From assembly GCA_031400405.1 (NCBI GenBank), contig JANNPW010000050.1, positions 20,646 through 84,645 of the forward strand: a DNA stretch of 64,000 bases. Direction: 5' to 3'. A program made the position numbers and the translations under genes. Below are positions 59,861 through 64,000 of the stretch, in pieces; the first letter of the stretch is position 1, and the number at the start of each line of letters is the position of its first letter. The notes beneath the pieces were generated by a model that saw nothing but the letters and a program-made list of their open reading frames with translations, had not been told where the DNA came from and made no database searches. The stretch comes from Mariniblastus sp. (GTDB taxonomy: Bacteria; Planctomycetota; Planctomycetia; Pirellulales; Pirellulaceae).

Positions 59861-61294
59861 TTAAAGCTGTACTGCAGTCCCATTGATTTCACTCATCTCT
59901 TTTTCCCATTCATCATTTCGAAAGGCACCCTCCCATTTGGCAATCACCACCGTCGCCAGGCAATTGCCGACCACGTTGACCGCCGTGCGAGCCATATCCA
60001 TTAACTCATCTACCCCCAGGATCAGAATGACACCCTCCACAGGTAGATGAAACGACGCCAAAGTACCCAGCAAGATCACTAGCGATGCCCGTGGTACTCC
60101 CGCCACACCTTTGGACGTCAGCATCAAAGTCAGCATCATGATGATCTGCTGTGTCCAACTCAGTTCTATCCCCGCAGCCTGAGCGACGAAAATAGATGCG
60201 ACGGCCAAGTACAGGGTGGTCCCGTCGAGGTTGAACGAATAACCCGTCGGTAAAACAAAACCAACGATTCGTTGCGGACAACCCAAGATGACAAGATTCT
60301 CCATGGCTTTCGGTAAAGCAGACTCGCTGGACGTTGTTGCAAAGGCAATGATGGCCGGTGTTTTGACGGCATTGAAAAAGTCTTTCAGTGGGACCCTGAA
60401 CAATAGCGCGACCGGTAACAGCACGGTTAGGCAGAAAAAGAGGAGTGCCGCGTACAGCGTCCCCACGAGCATCGCCAGATTTCTTAACACCTCCAGTCCG
60501 CTATGACTGACGGCGTAGGCCATGGCCGCACCGACACCGATGGGAGCAAACTTCATGACAAACTCGGTGAAACGAAACATGATGTCCGCCAGAGACTCGC
60601 AAAACTTGACCACTGGTTCGCTTTTCTTCTTGCCAATGCTGGTCACGGCTAAGGCAAATAGCACCGAAAATACGACGATCTGCAGTACATCGCCTTCCGC
60701 CATCGCTTTGAAGATTGATGTCGGCGAAAGATGCGCGATGATATCACCAAAGGTCTGCGGTTTCGCGGGTGGTTCCGCCGCCGTCAGCCCGCTGGCCAAC
60801 GCTTGCGAAGCTTCGCCCATGCGGGTGATGGCCAGCGATGTCTGCTGGGCAACTTCTGTAGTATTCCCGGCAGTGAGGGATGTCTGCGCTTTTTTGGTCG
60901 CGTCGATAGCCTCTTTCGTAAGGCTGTCAGCGCGTGCAGCCAATTGGGCTTTATTCGAGTTAGCTGGAAGGCCTACCAGGCTGACCCCTTTACCAGGTTG
61001 GGCAATGTTCACAGCGAAGAGGCCAATGAACAGCGCCAATGTTGTAACGATTTCGAAATAGATAAAGGCCTTGGCACCCATTCTTCCGACTTGCTTGATG
61101 TCACCCGTTCCTGAAATCCCCACGACCAGCGTCGCGAAAATCAGGGGCGCAATGATCGACTTGATCAGGTTCAGAAACAGGTTGGATAGGGGTCGCGCCT
61201 CCAAACCCCAAGCTGGAACCAACCAACCGATCAAGATGCCGAGAAACAAGCCAATGAAGATCTTGACCGTCAACGATACTTTAGGAATTCGCAT
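59861..61294 (-). CDS. Dicarboxylate/amino acid:cation symporter (GltP/DctA family)
   Basis: FLNLIKSIIAPLIF, FAPIGV, AFATTSSESALP, VLPTGYSFNLDGT, LTSKGVAGVPRASL, MDMARTAVNVVGN; start uncertain (61294 or 61309). Confidence 0.93.
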   Translation of the reverse strand: MRIPKVSLTVKIFIGLFLGILIGWLVPAWGLEARPLSNLFLNLIKSIIAPLIFATLVVGISGTGDIKQVGRMGAKAFIYFEIVTTLALFIGLFAVNIAQPGKGVSLVGLPANSNKAQLAARADSLTKEAIDATKKAQTSLTAGNTTEVAQQTSLAITRMGEASQALASGLTAAEPPAKPQTFGDIIAHLSPTSIFKAMAEGDVLQIVVFSVLFALAVTSIGKKKSEPVVKFCESLADIMFRFTEFVMKFAPIGVGAAMAYAVSHSGLEVLRNLAMLVGTLYAALLFFCLTVLLPVALLFRVPLKDFFNAVKTPAIIAFATTSSESALPKAMENLVILGCPQRIVGFVLPTGYSFNLDGTTLYLAVASIFVAQAAGIELSWTQQIIMMLTLMLTSKGVAGVPRASLVILLGTLASFHLPVEGVILILGVDELMDMARTAVNVVGNCLATVVIAKWEGAFRNDEWEKEMSEINGTAVQL

Positions 61295-61465
61295 TTTGGG
61301 TGCAACCAATATCTTACTTCTGAATTACTTGGACTGGTTCGTTCAATGCCGTGCCGAATTGTAACACAATTACCATGTCAACAAGGTACTCCAGTCGGCC
61401 TGCTGAACTCTCTTCTTCAGGTACTCAATCGGTGCTACGAAATTGACACAATTGGTAACTGCCTC

Positions 61466-62764
61466 CTATGGCAGCTGGTGCGTCTCTTGGCGATCTTCCA
61501 GTTGTTTCCAGTTGGGACCGGATGGACTTGGTGCACTAGCGGCGTGGAAATTTGAGGCAGCCAACTCCCAGGCGGCGGGTTTGGAACCCAGCTGTCGCAA
61601 AATGAAATCGGCGGCTTGATCCGAGGCACCGGGTTTGGCAAATCGCCGGGCCAGTTCATCCAGTTGGTGGACTTTTTGCTGACGTAGATTTGTATCCGTC
61701 AGCCACGCGATGGCGTGCGCGGCCACCTGTCGGGATGGGTCGCCTGTCGTCAGATACTCGGGCATGACGGCAGGATCCGCATGAGCGCAATCGGGATCAT
61801 AGGGACGCCACGTCCTTTTTCGAATGTCTTTGGTAGCGATCAAATTAACCAACGTAATGAAACGTGTTCGCAACATTATCGATTGGGCGACCATGACCCA
61901 GCGTTTGACTTTGTAAACGATCACCGTTGGCTGACGATGATACAACAACTCCAGCGATACGGAACCGCTGCAGGCCAAGCAGACGGAGGCCGCCTTCATC
62001 AGCTCTGGCGTGCGCCCGGTGAACAACTCTAGACTGATTTGCTGCTGGTCGACCAGTCGTTCGGCCAACTGCCGTTGGTGTTCGTTGTAACAGGCGACCG
62101 CGACTTTGACGGCGGGTACGGAGGCCGCCACGAGGCTGGCGGCCTTCAACAAGATGGGGAGATTGTTCTCGACCTCCTGATCGCGCGAGCCCGGCAACAA
62201 CGTCAGCACCGGTCGACGGCCGGCCTGTAACGAGTCGATAAATGATTGATCGTACGTTTGTTGTACGAGTTGATCGAAGTAGGGATGTCCGACATAAGTC
62301 GCCTGGCAATTGCGTTGTGCGAACCAGTCGACTTCGAAGGGCAGCTTACACAGTACATGATCGACGAACCGGCGGATCTTGCGGACTCGCCACGGCGCCC
62401 ACGCCCAGACTTGGGGGACGCCATAATAAAACACCGGAATGCCATGTTTCTTGGCTTTTCGGGCGATCCACCAATTGAATCCGGGGTAATCGATCAACAC
62501 GACTGCATCGACGGTATGATCCCGAAAATAGCTATTGGCCTCATCGATCAATCGAAAAAACAGCCGCCAATTGGCCAGCACCTTTCCGATAAACATCACC
62601 GCCAACGTCGTCAGCTCGAAGTGCAAAATGCAGCCGGCGGCGGCCATTTTCGGGCCGCCATAACCGACGCATTGAATTGAATCATCGTGGGACTTCAGCC
62701 GACGAATCAGATTAGAGCCATGCAAGTCACCGCTAGGTTCACCGACGGAAAAAAAAATCCGCAT
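61466..62764 (-). CDS. lpxB: Lipid-A-disaccharide synthase
   Basis: FFSVGEPSGDLHG, LIDYPGFNW, YYGVPQVWAW, LPFEVDW, YVGHP, LLPGSR, CSGSVSLEL. Confidence 0.93.
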   Translation of the reverse strand: MRIFFSVGEPSGDLHGSNLIRRLKSHDDSIQCVGYGGPKMAAAGCILHFELTTLAVMFIGKVLANWRLFFRLIDEANSYFRDHTVDAVVLIDYPGFNWWIARKAKKHGIPVFYYGVPQVWAWAPWRVRKIRRFVDHVLCKLPFEVDWFAQRNCQATYVGHPYFDQLVQQTYDQSFIDSLQAGRRPVLTLLPGSRDQEVENNLPILLKAASLVAASVPAVKVAVACYNEHQRQLAERLVDQQQISLELFTGRTPELMKAASVCLACSGSVSLELLYHRQPTVIVYKVKRWVMVAQSIMLRTRFITLVNLIATKDIRKRTWRPYDPDCAHADPAVMPEYLTTGDPSRQVAAHAIAWLTDTNLRQQKVHQLDELARRFAKPGASDQAADFILRQLGSKPAAWELAASNFHAASAPSPSGPNWKQLEDRQETHQLP

Positions 62765-62845
62765 TGGATCGTCCTTGAAAAATTTCTGACTGGCCTGGCA
62801 AGCCCCCCATCCACGTGGCGGAAGTTCGGGGAAACGGGCAGCAAG

Positions 62846-63688
62846 TTATTTAAACCCTTTGGCGAATCCCTTTTCGCCAAATACCAAATCGACTTGTTGC
62901 CCGGCCTCGGCTGCTTCCGTTTTGGCTTTACAGTTAGCGCAGCAAAACTTGACCGTCACTCCATTAACCTCTGTGGCGTGTTCATCTTTGGTGGCGCTGC
63001 CGGAAAATGGACAAGCAATCTGTTCGACCTGTCCGGTTTGGAACAACTGATGGTTGGCTTTTGCGGCAAACGGCGTCGCGTCTTTTTCGAATTTGGCTTT
63101 ACAATTTTTGCAACAAAAGAACACTTGATGGTCGCCGTATTGAGCAGCGAAATCTTTGGAAACGGGTTTCGCAGGCATCAGCATGCATTTAACGTTTTCC
63201 AAATTTGGCTCGGCTTTTTTCAGTTCAAAACCTTGTTCAAACGAAGCTTTGACAAAACATAGATTGGCCTTGGCGGCCAAATCTGCCGCACCGGTCACTT
63301 TGGCGACACAACCACCACAGCAGAGGCCAACTTGTACACCGCCGACATCGACGGATTTGTCAGCAGCGACCGGTTTGCCCGTGAGTGGACAAGCCTTTTG
63401 AACGTATTGGCCAGTCAATAAAAGTTGGTGATTCGCTTTGATCAAGACCGGCGAATCCGTTTTATCCATATCGGCTTTGAACGCCGCAACGCAATCATCA
63501 CAACAAAAATAGACTTTTGCATCCAGATAGTCGACCGACGAATCAGCGGAAGCTGGTTGGTCACCATTGATAACGCATTTGATTCCAGCCAAGTCCTGAC
63601 TGACTGAGGTGGCGGCTAGCGCCACGACCAGACCACAGGTCATTGATAAACGCTCGATTAAAGTTACAAGGAATTTTTTATGGGACAT
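62846..63688 (-). CDS. Exported Cys-rich protein with four YHS/TRASH-like modules
   Basis: Signal-like N-terminus; four C…CCxxC units (FCCDDC, LCCGGC, FCCKNC, FCCANC) arranged as a duplicated pair linked by KANHQL. Confidence 0.75.
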   Translation of the reverse strand: MSHKKFLVTLIERLSMTCGLVVALAATSVSQDLAGIKCVINGDQPASADSSVDYLDAKVYFCCDDCVAAFKADMDKTDSPVLIKANHQLLLTGQYVQKACPLTGKPVAADKSVDVGGVQVGLCCGGCVAKVTGAADLAAKANLCFVKASFEQGFELKKAEPNLENVKCMLMPAKPVSKDFAAQYGDHQVFFCCKNCKAKFEKDATPFAAKANHQLFQTGQVEQIACPFSGSATKDEHATEVNGVTVKFCCANCKAKTEAAEAGQQVDLVFGEKGFAKGFK

Positions 63689-63814
63689 AGTGAAGCTCCA
63701 GTGATCCAGGTAGGGAAAGTAATTTCGAACGAGCATTGTACCGAGTTTCCAACGATCGAACCAACCGAGCTGATTGCTTCTGTGCGAACAATAACCGAAA
63801 GCAAGTGTTTCGCG

Positions 63815-64000
63815 TCAACCAATCAGTTTTCGCCGCGGTTCTTCGAGCGTAAAGGTCAGCAACCAGCCAATAAATACGCAAATCACGACAATTGCGAATA
63901 CGAATTCGAAACTGACCCAGTCGATCAGCGCTCCGAAAAACGCCGATGTTAACACGGCCGGCCCCGCCATAATCAGGCTCAACGTGCTGAGGTAACGTGG
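63815..64000 (-). CDS. C-terminal fragment of a membrane transporter (MFS-like), 5'-truncated by window edge
   Basis: Minus frame from 64000 reads PRYLSTLSLIMAGPAVLTSAFFGALIDWVSFEFVFAIVVICVFIGWLLTFTLEEPRRKLIG*: two TM helices ending in EPR. Confidence 0.65.
   Translation of the reverse strand, partial: PRYLSTLSLIMAGPAVLTSAFFGALIDWVSFEFVFAIVVICVFIGWLLTFTLEEPRRKLIG

Noticed and set aside
1058-63952. Numerous 60-250 aa ORFs overlapping the called genes
   Set aside because: Antisense or alternate-frame shadows expected in GC-rich coding DNA; none showed motifs.

Overview
Bacterial chromosomal window, almost certainly from a planctomycete (Pirellulaceae-like). The inference rests on two DUF1549/DUF1553 + DUF1501 gene pairs, a planctomycete-type extracellular N-terminal motif, a PEP-CTERM protein and planctomycete-style REP-like palindromes. 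It is mostly core or lineage-typical DNA: tRNA-Leu(CAA), an ABC exporter, rpsR, a HemD-HemE fusion, mrp, ruvB, fabD-fabG-acpP-fabF, lpxB, three sigma54-activator-family genes, M36/M50/S46 peptidases and transporters. I saw no integrase, transposase or CRISPR array. The strongest candidates for an undescribed system are: (1) a translationally coupled two-gene unit (ATGA overlap) of an atypical SET-domain methyltransferase and a LysA-fold PLP enzyme with the catalytic Cys and the EPGR Arg replaced (58175-56455, minus); (2) a 42-aa Lys/Ala histone-H1-like microprotein missed by the ORF track (20943-21071), behind a ~1 kb AT-rich gene-free region, whose internal 18-codon duplication shows 8 synonymous vs 1 non-synonymous differences. 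Other oddities are a degenerate sigma54-activator operon ending in mrp, a Mo-oxidoreductase/pentapeptide fusion, an EntD-like protein missing catalytic residues, a His6-Gly/Tyr-rich secreted protein behind a candidate sigma54 promoter, and a four-module Cys-rich YHS/TRASH-like protein. All family assignments come from motif recognition by eye; no database search was run.
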